The notes under the pieces were generated by a model. The model was given only the letters and a program-made list of their open reading frames with translations. It searched no databases and was not told the DNA's origin. From a virus (taxonomy: Duplodnaviria; Caudoviricetes), in the IMG/VR virus record IMGVR_UViG_3300023214_000337, positions 1 through 49,453 of that record: 49,453 bases of DNA. One strand, written 5' to 3'. Made by a program: the position numbers and the translations under genes. This document shows, one piece after another, positions 37,270 through 46,778 of this stretch (position 1 is its first letter; every line of letters begins with the position of its first letter).

Positions 37270-37743
37270 TTATTCCTCCTGGTCCAGCACTTCCGGCGCC
37301 CAGCGCCGCTCCTCGTATGAATCTACAGCAGGTAGCGCAGCGGTCAAGCACGAAATAGGTGCGTGCGCCCAGTACGCACCTGGCCATGGATTTGACGTTC
37401 TGTACTGTCGGGAGGTTTTCTAGCGAGGGCGACTGCCAAAAATCCCAGATTCCTTTTTATGTATATGGCGGAATGGTGATGGACCATCGTGGCAGTTTGG
37501 GATCTCTTTGAATGGCCTCCTCTATTTTCCTCATTGTTGATTTTCCAACACGGACCCCTTTTTTGTAGACCTTTCTTACCAATCGGACAATGGGGTGCAT
37601 TTGGCGATAGGTCATGCTTCTGGCCAGTCCGAGAGTCTTTTCGATTGAATCTAGGAGTTCGCCGCCCCAGTGTTGCTCTAAGATGCCCCATGACCTTTCT
37701 ATCGGATTATATTTGCTGTGATACGGAGGGTGAAACCACGCCG

Positions 37744-37786
37744 GGCTACCTATTTTTAGGCTACCTATTCCAGGCTACCTATTTTA
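37744..37786. repeat. Three direct repeats of ggctacctatt
   Basis: Direct repeats about 14-15 nt apart in a divergent intergenic region. Confidence 0.8.
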
Positions 37787-37935
37787 TACTGTAGATCCTA
37801 GGCGAGGGCCGATGGGCCATTCTTGTAAACCCTTTCAGGCAGATGAGTTATGAGAAGCCATAAAAACTTCATTCTTATAAACCCTTATATGGCAAGGGTT
37901 TATAAGATATTTCAGAAAATGGTCATTTTCTGAAG

Positions 37936-37963
37936 TTGACACCGCCGATCCATGCTGTATTAT
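37936..37963 (+). promoter_or_regulatory. sigma70-type promoter of the rightward early-type array
   Basis: TTGACA-16nt-TATTAT; palindrome cttataaaccctt...aagggtttataag just upstream. Confidence 0.6.
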
Positions 37964-38031
37964 GGATTAAGAAGGTTAGAGAGAGAGCGCGGGAATGAGC
38001 CCGCGCCGAACGAAACGAGTGAGAAAAAACC

Positions 38032-38619
38032 ATGAATATTGAAAACGTAGCAAAATATATTCGCGCGAAAGCTTCAGCCGGGATGCTGAAGTACGTAATC
38101 CAAGCGGCGGAACGGCACCCGTTGCTGTACGTTATGCCATGCGCGGATGAAAGCGAGTATAGTACTGAAATAATATGCATTGAAGATGACGATGGAGACG
38201 AGTTTTATTTTTACGCTTTGTACGATGAATATGCCATGCGCGGAGCGCGTATCCGCGCTCCGAAGGAGGTGGGATATTATGTACATGTGCTGAATGATGG
38301 CTGGCGTGATGATTTCATGGACATCGGTGGCCACATCTGTGCTACCGATATTGGCGCGGCGCAGTTTGTGCGCGCCAAAAAGCTAGCCGTTGTCCTGAAA
38401 GGCGTACCTGAGTACGCCTATGATTACGATTGCCATAGTTTTTTGTATAAAAATACGCGCTACGCCGGAACGCGCGTAGGGAACCAATCCAGACCCGAAT
38501 ATTGGATCGCTCCAGCCAGCTGCGAACTAGTCGCCATTGCTGGAGATGATGGGTTAGCCCGCAAGATGCGCGTTGCATCGTGGGATTTTGGAGCGATCGA
38601 AGGGAAAGCGCGGGAATGA
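38032..38619 (+). CDS. Hypothetical protein
   Basis: Follows repeat RBS; stop inside the next repeat. Confidence 0.7.
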   Translation: MNIENVAKYIRAKASAGMLKYVIQAAERHPLLYVMPCADESEYSTEIICIEDDDGDEFYFYALYDEYAMRGARIRAPKEVGYYVHVLNDGWRDDFMDIGGHICATDIGAAQFVRAKKLAVVLKGVPEYAYDYDCHSFLYKNTRYAGTRVGNQSRPEYWIAPASCELVAIAGDDGLARKMRVASWDFGAIEGKARE

Positions 38620-38649
38620 GCCCGGCGCCAAGAGCAGAGGGAGAAAACC

Positions 38650-38883
38650 ATGGAACTGAAAATACGAGGTGTTCGAAGTATCCGCCGGGCCCTTGAGGCC
38701 GGGCATTCGGCCTCAGAGATCCTGGCCGCCGCCCGAGAGAGAGGCACCTGGACCGAAGGCGAGATCGTAGAGGCATTCCAGGACTGTGGAATACCGGCAG
38801 ACTTTCAGGATCGAAAATGTGTCCTGCTGGATGCCGGCGCGGGAATGAGCCCGCGCCGAACGAAACGAGGGAGAAAACCATGA
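38650..38883 (+). CDS. Hypothetical protein ending in an ankyrin remnant (LLDAGA)
   Basis: Follows repeat RBS. Confidence 0.6.
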   Translation: MELKIRGVRSIRRALEAGHSASEILAAARERGTWTEGEIVEAFQDCGIPADFQDRKCVLLDAGAGMSPRRTKRGRKP

Positions 38884-39128
38884 AAATAAAGATAACACAG
38901 GTGCGCGGGAAAGACGGTAGGACGCTCTGCCTGCGAACGTGCGAAACATTCACGCTGGCTTTTCTGGATTCAGAGGGAGACGTTGTCCAAAGCACTCCCA
39001 AAGAATTGGCGGAAGCACTCGATCTGGGAGAGCTAGCCCGCATAGAGCGGGATGGGGATGCGAATGAAAGTGAGAAGGCTGCGGAAGCACTGCGCTACGC
39101 TATGGCCGTAAGTTCCGGCTCGCTGTGA
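38880..39128 (+). CDS. Hypothetical protein
   Basis: Follows repeat RBS (MKIKITQV). Confidence 0.65.
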   Translation: MKIKITQVRGKDGRTLCLRTCETFTLAFLDSEGDVVQSTPKELAEALDLGELARIERDGDANESEKAAEALRYAMAVSSGSL

Positions 39129-39232
39129 TCCCGCAGCGTATGCGCACAGTCCAGGGATAAGCCGCGCCCCACGCTTATAAATGGGGCATTGAGAGAGAGC
39201 GCGCCCAATCGGGGCGCGCAAGGGAGACAGAC

Positions 39233-39406
39233 ATGAAACCAGGTGACTACATCTACATCAAGATCTACGGCGAGTCGGTCGAGCGCTGCCGGATCCTCGA
39301 GCATCACGGCATGGGCACAATCGACGTCGAGCGATTAGAGGACGGAAAATGCTTCCGCGTTAGCGGGCTGCCATTAACCATGAACGCAGGAAAGGCGCGG
39401 GAATGA
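39233..39406 (+). CDS. Small hypothetical protein (57 aa)
   Basis: GGGAG RBS; MKPGDYIYIKIY...GKARE*; stop inside the repeat loop. Confidence 0.6.
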   Translation: MKPGDYIYIKIYGESVERCRILEHHGMGTIDVERLEDGKCFRVSGLPLTMNAGKARE

Positions 39407-39432
39407 GCCCGCGCCAGAGAGAGGAGACAACC

Positions 39433-40044
39433 ATGAGCACCACGACCACCACCACGACCCCGAAAATATCGCGCCTCCGCCTCGGATCCGCCGACGCTGG
39501 GCGCTGCGATCCGCCCGGCGGATTCCAGTCGTCGATCACCTGCGAGATCGACGTCTGCCGGCGCGGTCGTCCGTACCGCGCCGAACTAGCGGCGCAGTAC
39601 GGAGGAAATCAGGGGTACTTTCAAATCGATTACTCGCACGGCCCTTGGGTCGCGCGAGGCGACACGCCGCGCGAGGCCGCCCTGGCCGCCCTGGCCGTCG
39701 TCCCCGAGGAGCACGCCGACGACCTCGCGGCGGCCGTCGAAGAGGCCCTCGCCGGGATGCCCGAGTCCGTCGAGTGGGCGGACGTGGCCCTCGCGGAGGC
39801 CGCCCGCATTCGCGGTCTGATCGACCACGGGGACGGCGGTCGATCGTCCGTCCGCGCCGGCGGGCAGGTCGTCGCGTGGCTCGACGACCCCGACGACCGG
39901 CGGGACCTCCGCATTCGGCTCGAACGTCAGCTCAGGCGGTCGGCCGGTCCGTCCGATCCGCATCTGGCGTCCGTGTCGGACGCCCAGCTCATAGAGGAGG
40001 CTCGCCGCCGAGGGATTGACAGGGCGATGGACGACGCCCGTTGA
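39433..40044 (+). CDS. Hypothetical protein
   Basis: Follows repeat RBS; high GC. Confidence 0.65.
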   Translation: MSTTTTTTTPKISRLRLGSADAGRCDPPGGFQSSITCEIDVCRRGRPYRAELAAQYGGNQGYFQIDYSHGPWVARGDTPREAALAALAVVPEEHADDLAAAVEEALAGMPESVEWADVALAEAARIRGLIDHGDGGRSSVRAGGQVVAWLDDPDDRRDLRIRLERQLRRSAGPSDPHLASVSDAQLIEEARRRGIDRAMDDAR

Positions 40045-40086
40045 GCGGCGTCTTGGAATCGCGTCCGCGAGAGAGAGGAGAAAACC

Positions 40087-40710
40087 ATGAAAATAGAAGT
40101 CACAGGCCCTCGGGATGTGGCCATCACGATCAGAGACGTAGACGTAGATTCCCTGTCTGTGGACATCGACGATCTGCGGCAGGGGTTGCGCGAGGCCATC
40201 GAGGATGACGATGAGACCGACGCCCGCGACCTCGCGCAGACTGCGGAGGCCTGCGAGGAGGCCATAGAGTGGCTCCGCCGGCTGATCGCTGCCGGCGCGG
40301 ACGTCGACGCGCGCGACGCCGGCGGCCAAACGCTGCTCCACTGGGCGGCGGAGGAGGGCCACGCCAAGATCGTCCGCCAGCTGATCGATGCCGGCGCGGT
40401 CGTCGACGCCCGCGCCGAGGACGACTCCCGCACGCCGCTGCATCTGGCGGCGAAGACGGGCCGCACCGAGATCGTGCGCATCCTCCTGGATGTCCTCGCC
40501 TCGGTCGACGCCCGCACCGCCGCCGGCGCCCGCACGCCGCTGCACCTGGCGGCTATGTTTGGCCACGCCGAGATCGTCCGCCGGCTGCTGGATGCCGGCG
40601 CGGAGGTCGACGCCCGCGACGCCGGCGGCCGCACGCCGCTGGAGCTGGCGCGCCGTTGCGGCTACACCGAGATCGCCGGCATCCTGCTGGATGAAGGCGC
40701 CGAGGCCTGA
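40087..40710 (+). CDS. Ankyrin-repeat protein
   Basis: About four repeats of GxTPLHLAA..GHxEIVRxLLDAGA. Confidence 0.95.
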   Translation: MKIEVTGPRDVAITIRDVDVDSLSVDIDDLRQGLREAIEDDDETDARDLAQTAEACEEAIEWLRRLIAAGADVDARDAGGQTLLHWAAEEGHAKIVRQLIDAGAVVDARAEDDSRTPLHLAAKTGRTEIVRILLDVLASVDARTAAGARTPLHLAAMFGHAEIVRRLLDAGAEVDARDAGGRTPLELARRCGYTEIAGILLDEGAEA

Positions 40711-41148
40711 CCCCGGCAAGGTCGACTCCAGCCCCAGGCGCGCGTGATGGCGCGCAGGGGCTCGAGGCATTGAGAGCGGCGCGGGAATGAGCCCGGCGCC
40801 GAGAGCAGAGGGAGACAGACATGCGATACAAGCATGAGGCATTGAGAGACATTATTAAGTCATTGCCCCGCCACATAGATATCTATGTGGCAGTGGAGAA
40901 CGCCTCCACGCTGGCGAGACTCGAGACCGAGGCAGCAGTAAACCTGCTGCAGAACGAGCCGCCGGCGTGGAGGCTCGTCATCCGAGACAACGGAGACGAC
41001 GCGCATGTCATTATTGCGTGCGACGCTGACGAGGCTGGAGTCGACCTTGCCGAGGCCTGACCCCGGCAAGGTCGACTCCAGCCCCTGGCGCGCGTGACGG
41101 CGCGCAGGGGCTCGGGGCAGTGAGAGAGCGCGGGAATGAGCCCGCGCC
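40699..41148 (+). repeat. Two ~95-bp direct repeats (40699-40797; 41049-41148) including gene ends and hairpins
   Basis: gccgaggcctgaccccggcaaggtcgactccagcccc.ggcgcgcgtga.ggcgcgcaggggctcg... Confidence 0.9.
40821..41060 (+). CDS. Hypothetical protein flanked by the ~95-bp direct repeats
   Basis: Repeat RBS; shares its AEA* end with the ankyrin gene. Confidence 0.65.
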   Translation: MRYKHEALRDIIKSLPRHIDIYVAVENASTLARLETEAAVNLLQNEPPAWRLVIRDNGDDAHVIIACDADEAGVDLAEA

Positions 41149-41166
41149 GAACGAGAGGAGAAAATC

Positions 41167-42228
41167 ATGAACAGATCCCGCATATGGGCCCTCGGGGCAC
41201 CCGACCCCGAAATGGAGGCGATCGAGCGCATCCTCCGGGCGGCCGACGAGGCCGTCCTCTACGCGACGGCTGACGGTCGCCGCGTGCACCCCGGGTCCGC
41301 CTACCGGGCCGATGGTGTGATCGGTGCCGATGGCGCCGTGTACACACCGCTGCCTGGCGGCGTGGACCCGCACTCGATCCGGTGGGTCGAGTGCGAGATC
41401 CCGGGATTGCCCCGTGATCATGTCATCGACCACCACCGCCCCGGCGACACCGGCTACGGTCGGCCGCCGGCGGAGTTTTTGCCGGCATCGTCGATCGGAC
41501 AATTGATAGCGGAGCTAGCGCGACTGGCTTTTGCAGCCTCTTCTTACCGCATCCTCGACTGGGATCATGTCTCCGCCGGCAGCCATGACGGGGAGTACTC
41601 CGCTCATGTCGTTTCAGAACAGCGCCGCGAACTCTGCACCGTTCCCAGCGAAATCGAAGATGGCATACATCCAGGGGCATATGTCCGGGTGCGGGACGTG
41701 GGGTGGCTCGTCGGAACCTACACTGCCGGCCACGAGTGTGGCGGCTGCTGGGACTATGCCATCGTGCCGCACGATCTCGTTCTCGCCGCCGCCGCGGATC
41801 ACTGCCTCGGCGCCGCCTACCGGGGCGAGTGCCCGGGCGTGGAACCGGACGATCTGATGGAATGGCGCGCAGAGAGTCGCGCCAAGTACCAGGGTCGCCA
41901 GGTGGCGGATGTGTTGGCGGACATCCGCTACGCGCAGCAGGAGTTGCGCACAGCAAAAAAGCTCACTATAGGCGGGTGGACGCTGCACGAGGTCCGCGAC
42001 ATGCGGCGAGATAAGCCTATCCCAGAATTACCCGAGGCCGCTACGCGGCTTGGCCTTGGGTACATTGCTGGCCCGATCCCGGCCCCGGACGGCCGTGAGA
42101 AATACACCTGCTCGGGAACATTCGAACAGGTGAAATTATTCATGGAGTTGTGGGCGCCGGCCAACGGGCTCGTGGGAATCTACGGCGATCCCGTCCGCGG
42201 GTTCGCCGGCGGGTACGCCGAGGAGTAA
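41167..42228 (+). CDS. Hypothetical protein with DHH-like motifs
   Basis: DPEM, VIDHH, AAADH. Confidence 0.6.
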   Translation: MNRSRIWALGAPDPEMEAIERILRAADEAVLYATADGRRVHPGSAYRADGVIGADGAVYTPLPGGVDPHSIRWVECEIPGLPRDHVIDHHRPGDTGYGRPPAEFLPASSIGQLIAELARLAFAASSYRILDWDHVSAGSHDGEYSAHVVSEQRRELCTVPSEIEDGIHPGAYVRVRDVGWLVGTYTAGHECGGCWDYAIVPHDLVLAAAADHCLGAAYRGECPGVEPDDLMEWRAESRAKYQGRQVADVLADIRYAQQELRTAKKLTIGGWTLHEVRDMRRDKPIPELPEAATRLGLGYIAGPIPAPDGREKYTCSGTFEQVKLFMELWAPANGLVGIYGDPVRGFAGGYAEE

Positions 42229-42233
42229 CATAT

Positions 42234-42330
42234 CCTGCCGTAGCCGCGCATCTCCCCCTCACGGCGCGGCTACGGCCTCATCAGGGCCAGCCCCATCCCT
42301 GGGATACATGGGGGCACCTATCTCCAGCCC
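42234..42330. repeat. Multi-hairpin intergenic module, also at 47371-47464 (and partly at 19882)
   Basis: gccgcg.atctccccctcacg.cgcggc...catcagggc..gcccc.tccctgggatacatgggggcac. Confidence 0.88.
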
Positions 42331-42477
42331 CTGGCGCGCGTGAAGTCGCGCTGGGGCTCGGAGCGATGGCGCGCAAGGAAACCCTACCTCCACGCGGTGC
42401 GCGCTGGGCGGCTGCAATGGGCAGCTGGCGGACAGGGACACACACATGCCGGACAACCCGGCAAAGGAGGAGACATC

Positions 42478-43488
42478 ATGAAGATGCTATTTAAAGTAAA
42501 CCAGGAAGAGGCGTTGCGCTTGGGCATCGACGCCCCCTCTAGCACGGTTTTGTTAGACGTGGACCCAACGAATCTCACCCAGAGTCAGCGCGATCTGCTG
42601 GCTCGTTGCTTGTGGGATGGCCACGACTGCACGAGGCCATTCTGGACGGACTCCGGCCACTCCTTTCGTATCATGCTCACGGAGCCCTCGGTGGAGGGCC
42701 TCACGCTCGAACTGGAGCGCATCGAGCGCGAGGAGCAGGCCAGAGTGGAGGCCCGCAAAGAGGATGCCACCGCGCGCATTCGCGCGGCGCTAACTACGCG
42801 CCGCGAGCGCGAAATTGTGCAGCTAGACAAGAATGGGGGGGGTACGAGCTACCCCCGTGACGCCGTGGTGTCGACCACGGTCGAGGTCCCTATGATTTCG
42901 TCGGATTTGGATGGCCACCTACAGTATGTGGATGGCGATCTGCGCGCACAATATGAGGCTCGCAAGGCTGAGGCCATAGCCGAGCGCGAAAGAATACTAG
43001 ATGCGGCACGAGAGCGGTTGTTGCCGGAGCTTCGCGCTAAGCTCGCAGAGCGCGCCGAGGCCGCGCGCGCGCAAAAGGACGCCTACGATCAGCTGTATCA
43101 GCAGCTACCGGAGGTGCTCCGGCAGCGCGATGCAGCCGGGTTCGCGCCGGCTTCGGAAATCGAGGGCAAATTGAAGGCGCTGCTCTGTGAGAGATTGCCC
43201 GAAGGCTGGGAGCGCGTCTATAAATGGGAGGCGGGGGCGGCAGAGTCACTGACAGACAGGCAATATAAGTGCTTGTCTGGGATCCGGGAATCGATTGCGG
43301 CCCTAAACCTGGAAGGAGACGTGGATGTGGAGCCTGTCTCGTGGGCCTATCACAGGCCGGCTGAAGACACCGACGACCCCGAAGACATCGACCACGACGA
43401 CGAGGTGTACGTGAACAACGGCACCTACGCGAAGCTGGTATGGCATCATCCGTCCGGCGTGTCCCTCACGGCTCGCTGGGATTTGTAG
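42478..43488 (+). CDS. Hypothetical coiled-coil protein
   Basis: AGGAGG RBS before MKMLFKV. Confidence 0.7.
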   Translation: MKMLFKVNQEEALRLGIDAPSSTVLLDVDPTNLTQSQRDLLARCLWDGHDCTRPFWTDSGHSFRIMLTEPSVEGLTLELERIEREEQARVEARKEDATARIRAALTTRREREIVQLDKNGGGTSYPRDAVVSTTVEVPMISSDLDGHLQYVDGDLRAQYEARKAEAIAERERILDAARERLLPELRAKLAERAEAARAQKDAYDQLYQQLPEVLRQRDAAGFAPASEIEGKLKALLCERLPEGWERVYKWEAGAAESLTDRQYKCLSGIRESIAALNLEGDVDVEPVSWAYHRPAEDTDDPEDIDHDDEVYVNNGTYAKLVWHHPSGVSLTARWDL

Positions 43489-43546
43489 GAGCCCCACAGG
43501 GTGCGCTCGAATAATCTAGGACATCGCCAGGGCTGTTGCATTTCAA

Positions 43547-43625
43547 GATGTCCCAGGCTGGCTAATCAGCCTGTTTGGAGCGCCGTTGCCCCGTGGCGCG
43601 ACACCAACGGGGCACCAATAAGAGC
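43547..43625. repeat. ~78-bp two-hairpin repeat, second copy at 44622-44699
   Basis: gatgtcccaggctggctaatcagcctgtttggagcgccgttgccc...caccaacggggcaccaataagagc. Confidence 0.9.
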
Positions 43626-43889
43626 GCGGGAATGGAAGGCGTTGACATGGACGATCCCGTGGCCGTCGTTGCCGCGTGCGTTCCTCACCTGTTGCCAATT
43701 AATTGTTAGCTGTGGAGGCTAGAGAGATGGACAGATTTAGGGCTAGTTTTATTCCCGCGCTAGGCGCAATTCGTAGATGGTGAGTGGGTAGAAGTGGAAG
43801 AAGACAGCTAACGATCAAGCTCAGTTTCGCGAGGAACGAGCGTAAACTGGAGCGCCTTGTTGGGCGCTCCGCAAAACGGGAGAACGACA

Positions 43890-44168
43890 ATGGAAGCATT
43901 CGAGATGCAACTCAGTCAGTATGATTTCATCGTAGATACAAACGCGCGCAGCGCCCGCGAGCAATGCCCAGTCGCGGCGCGCTACACGGCGCGAATTCTA
44001 TCCGAGTCATGGGATGAACCCTTCGAGGTTCGCGACTCGGATAGTGGATACTGGGTTGTGCCCTTGTCGTGGCGACGCAAGCGCGCCCACGTCGTGGGTT
44101 TTGGATGGCTACCGATGCTCACTGTGATGGCATTCGGCGCTCTAGTTGAGTTGAGTAAACTACTGTAA
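43890..44168 (+). CDS. Small protein with a C-terminal TM segment
   Basis: GGGAG RBS. Confidence 0.55.
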   Translation: MEAFEMQLSQYDFIVDTNARSAREQCPVAARYTARILSESWDEPFEVRDSDSGYWVVPLSWRRKRAHVVGFGWLPMLTVMAFGALVELSKLL

Positions 44169-44183
44169 AGAGGAGGAAGGCAG

Positions 44184-44612
44184 ATGGCAAAGCGAAAGAG
44201 AAAAACACCCGTAAGGTCAGTAAGCGGCGAGACGATCAGGCTACTTGGGCAGCATTTAGTCTCGCTTTTAAAGGGCAATCCGGAATACCGGAAGCACCTG
44301 AAGTACAGCGACAAGGGCGTAAGCAAAATGCGCGACTTCGCGATCTGTAAATACCTTGGGCGAATCGAACAGGAATGGGGATGCACGGCGGACATGGCCG
44401 TCGACGCGCTGGGCGAGACTATACTCGGCAAGACGATGTATGCCTGCATTGTCGGTAACGGCAAGCACTACCTGAAGGGCGAGCGGCAGAGCCTTGCGAA
44501 GCTCCGCAAGAAGCTTTGCGGAAACCTGGATTGTGGCTGGTCGATCGTCCCGTGCCGATTCAAGCCGGTCGAGCTACTTAAGGACTCCTACTGGGCTGCC
44601 GCTGGGCGGTAG
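44184..44612 (+). CDS. Hypothetical basic protein
   Basis: GAGGAGG RBS. Confidence 0.65.
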   Translation: MAKRKRKTPVRSVSGETIRLLGQHLVSLLKGNPEYRKHLKYSDKGVSKMRDFAICKYLGRIEQEWGCTADMAVDALGETILGKTMYACIVGNGKHYLKGERQSLAKLRKKLCGNLDCGWSIVPCRFKPVELLKDSYWAAAGR

Positions 44613-44719
44613 GAGATGCCTGATGTCCCAGGCTGGCTAATCAGCCTGTTTGGAGCGCCGTTGCCCGTGGCGCGACACCAACGGGGCACCAATAAGAGCC
44701 ATAGAATGGGAGACCAGAC

Positions 44720-46363
44720 ATGAAAGTCATCGTGGAAATCTGCAATGAGGTAAATTCTGGCCGACGCGAGGGCTGGACGAAGTTGGTCACAAACGTGCGA
44801 GAAGAATTATCCGATGGATACGCGTTTGAAGGCCTATTTTTGGAGGAAGGGGAAAATGAAATTAAAGCAGGGTCGATCCTTGTCCAAAAGAACCCTGAAG
44901 GGTCCGTAAAGAATGCATGGTATTCCGGACGATTTGGTCGCGTGCAGCCAGACGGCACGACATCTTGGGAAGAGGACGCGTACGACTGGAAAAAAAGCTT
45001 CATCTCATTTCGGAATGCCGTCGCGGCTGCCCTCAAGTCTTCCGACGAGATTAATCCGCTTGAGGGCTTCAAAACCGAAGTATTGGTGGAAGAACTAAAG
45101 CGACGCGGATTTATGAACATCTCCATGATTGTACTTTTGGTATTGGCCATCTCTATTTTTCCTACTCAAGCGCAAACGGTTGCAGTCATTGACTCCGGGG
45201 CATCCGACGTTGCCGAGAAGTTCATCGAGGCCAAGTATTCCGTTGTTGGGGGAACCGAGGACCTCCACGGGCACGCCACCGGGATAATCACCAACATGCA
45301 GGTTCCGGTCGTATCCTATCGCGCGTATAAGCGTCGCGCCCATGCGCGAGATCTGATCGCGGCGCTCTCGATGGTTAGAGATCATGTAGAGAGGCACGAT
45401 ATACGAGTGGCTCTCATTACCGTGTCAGCGGGGAACTGGGACTACCCGCTAAGCAGCAGAGATTTCGAGGATCGCGTTCGGGCGCTCGAACAATTAGATG
45501 TGCCAGTGGTCATATCATGCGGAAACAACCATGGCCCTGAATCGGCGCTCGGAATTGGGTGGCCCGCTACAACTCCAGGTGTTTTAGCGGTATCCGCGGT
45601 GTACGGGGCTTCGCAACCCAAGCTCACCTATTTCACCGGCGCTAAACTTGCCCACGCCGTGGTCGATCAGATCTGCCCTTTTGCACAACGACATCCGGAC
45701 CTGACCACACTCATGGCAGTTGGCGCGCCGTATGTGGGGCTGCGGCTCGATGGAACGCCCTCTAGTCGTCACGGCACAACCGGTGCTGCTGCCTCAGTCG
45801 CCAAGGCGATCTATCAGCTCTCCCTGGAGTTTGGTAGACGTTCGCGCGATGAATGGGCCAGCATTTTGAAGAGATCCGGATACCCAGTATACGATGGAGA
45901 CGACGAAGCCGATAACGTGACGCACTCAGAGCATACCTACAGGCGTCTATCTTTGGAGGGCGCGCGATGGATGTTACGTGCTGAGTCGAGCGAGACCTTC
46001 GGCGGATTGCTTCAGGTAAGTAAAGTATACCTGCGCATCCCTGATGCCTGGTGGCATAGGCCGTATATCGGCATCCTCCTGACCATCAAGGCCCAGCCAT
46101 TTAATGGTATGCGCGCAATGATCGGGGAGGAATTGATAGATTTCGGAGAATCCAGGCGAACAAGATTTTCGGTATTATCAGCCAGGCGCTCCAGGGATGG
46201 GGTAAATATCTTGATCAAGAGCCGGATTTCGTCCCTCAGGAAGCTCACCGCCTACAGTAAGATTCCGGTAGCAGTCGAGTTAAATGGGAGATACTGGCGT
46301 AGCGAAGTAGCCCTGGAGAAATTGGTTACTCGTTGGGGCTCCATTCACCATTTCGGATATTGA
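44720..46363 (+). CDS. Phage protein (first ~131 aa) fused in frame to a secreted subtilisin-like (S8) domain starting at 45113
   Basis: Signal peptide MNISMIVLLVLAI...AQ; VAVIDSG, HGHAT, SCGNN, WPA, HGTTGAAA. Confidence 0.75.
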   Translation: MKVIVEICNEVNSGRREGWTKLVTNVREELSDGYAFEGLFLEEGENEIKAGSILVQKNPEGSVKNAWYSGRFGRVQPDGTTSWEEDAYDWKKSFISFRNAVAAALKSSDEINPLEGFKTEVLVEELKRRGFMNISMIVLLVLAISIFPTQAQTVAVIDSGASDVAEKFIEAKYSVVGGTEDLHGHATGIITNMQVPVVSYRAYKRRAHARDLIAALSMVRDHVERHDIRVALITVSAGNWDYPLSSRDFEDRVRALEQLDVPVVISCGNNHGPESALGIGWPATTPGVLAVSAVYGASQPKLTYFTGAKLAHAVVDQICPFAQRHPDLTTLMAVGAPYVGLRLDGTPSSRHGTTGAAASVAKAIYQLSLEFGRRSRDEWASILKRSGYPVYDGDDEADNVTHSEHTYRRLSLEGARWMLRAESSETFGGLLQVSKVYLRIPDAWWHRPYIGILLTIKAQPFNGMRAMIGEELIDFGESRRTRFSVLSARRSRDGVNILIKSRISSLRKLTAYSKIPVAVELNGRYWRSEVALEKLVTRWGSIHHFGY

Positions 46364-46385
46364 GATACATCGAGAGGAGAAAGGC

Positions 46386-46778
46386 ATGAATCGGCCTATT
46401 TGCCACCACTTCGCGTATCGCGTCGCGCGGCAGGACGCGATGCAAGAGCAGGCCTTAGCGATTTGGTTACACGGCGCTGGGCGCGCGGCGCGTCGCGCGC
46501 TCACCTCTCAGCTAGACCTGCTGCTGCGGGATCTCGGCTGGGTACGTATCCGCACCCAACAAGGGCGCAGGTGGCTGCGCGAATTCCGCGCTCTCTCGCT
46601 TCTAGAGTGTGGTGTCGATCCGTACGACACGGCGCTCGCCGTAGCTGATGGGTACAGACACACACGAGGCCGCCGCAAGCGCGAGGCGGCGATGAAGATG
46701 ACCCCAGAGGCGCGGCGCGCTCGCGCACAAAAAGCGGCTGCCGCAAGCGCGGCGGCCAGAAAGAGGAGACAAAGATGA
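46386..46778 (+). CDS. Hypothetical basic protein
   Basis: GAGGAG RBS; MTPEARRARAQKAA tail. Confidence 0.6.
   Translation: MNRPICHHFAYRVARQDAMQEQALAIWLHGAGRAARRALTSQLDLLLRDLGWVRIRTQQGRRWLREFRALSLLECGVDPYDTALAVADGYRHTRGRRKREAAMKMTPEARRARAQKAAAASAAARKRRQR

Larger units (their letters stand above)
37987..41166 (+). repeat. Dispersed hairpin+RBS repeat gcgcgggaatgagccc(g)gcgcc...gaga(a/c)a..ATG (copies at ~37987, 38608, 38836, 39394, 40778, 41128)
   Basis: Six near-identical copies, each directly before a start codon. Confidence 0.92.

Noticed and set aside
39586-40842. 418-aa minus-strand ORF and other long antisense ORFs (4793..5710, 31135..32103, 34328..35392, 36452..37387)
   Set aside because: Shadow frames of GC-rich real genes; no RBS or recognisable motifs
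37987-41166. Repeats as a CRISPR array
   Set aside because: Spacing is 230-1400 bp and the intervals are whole genes, not 30-40 nt spacers
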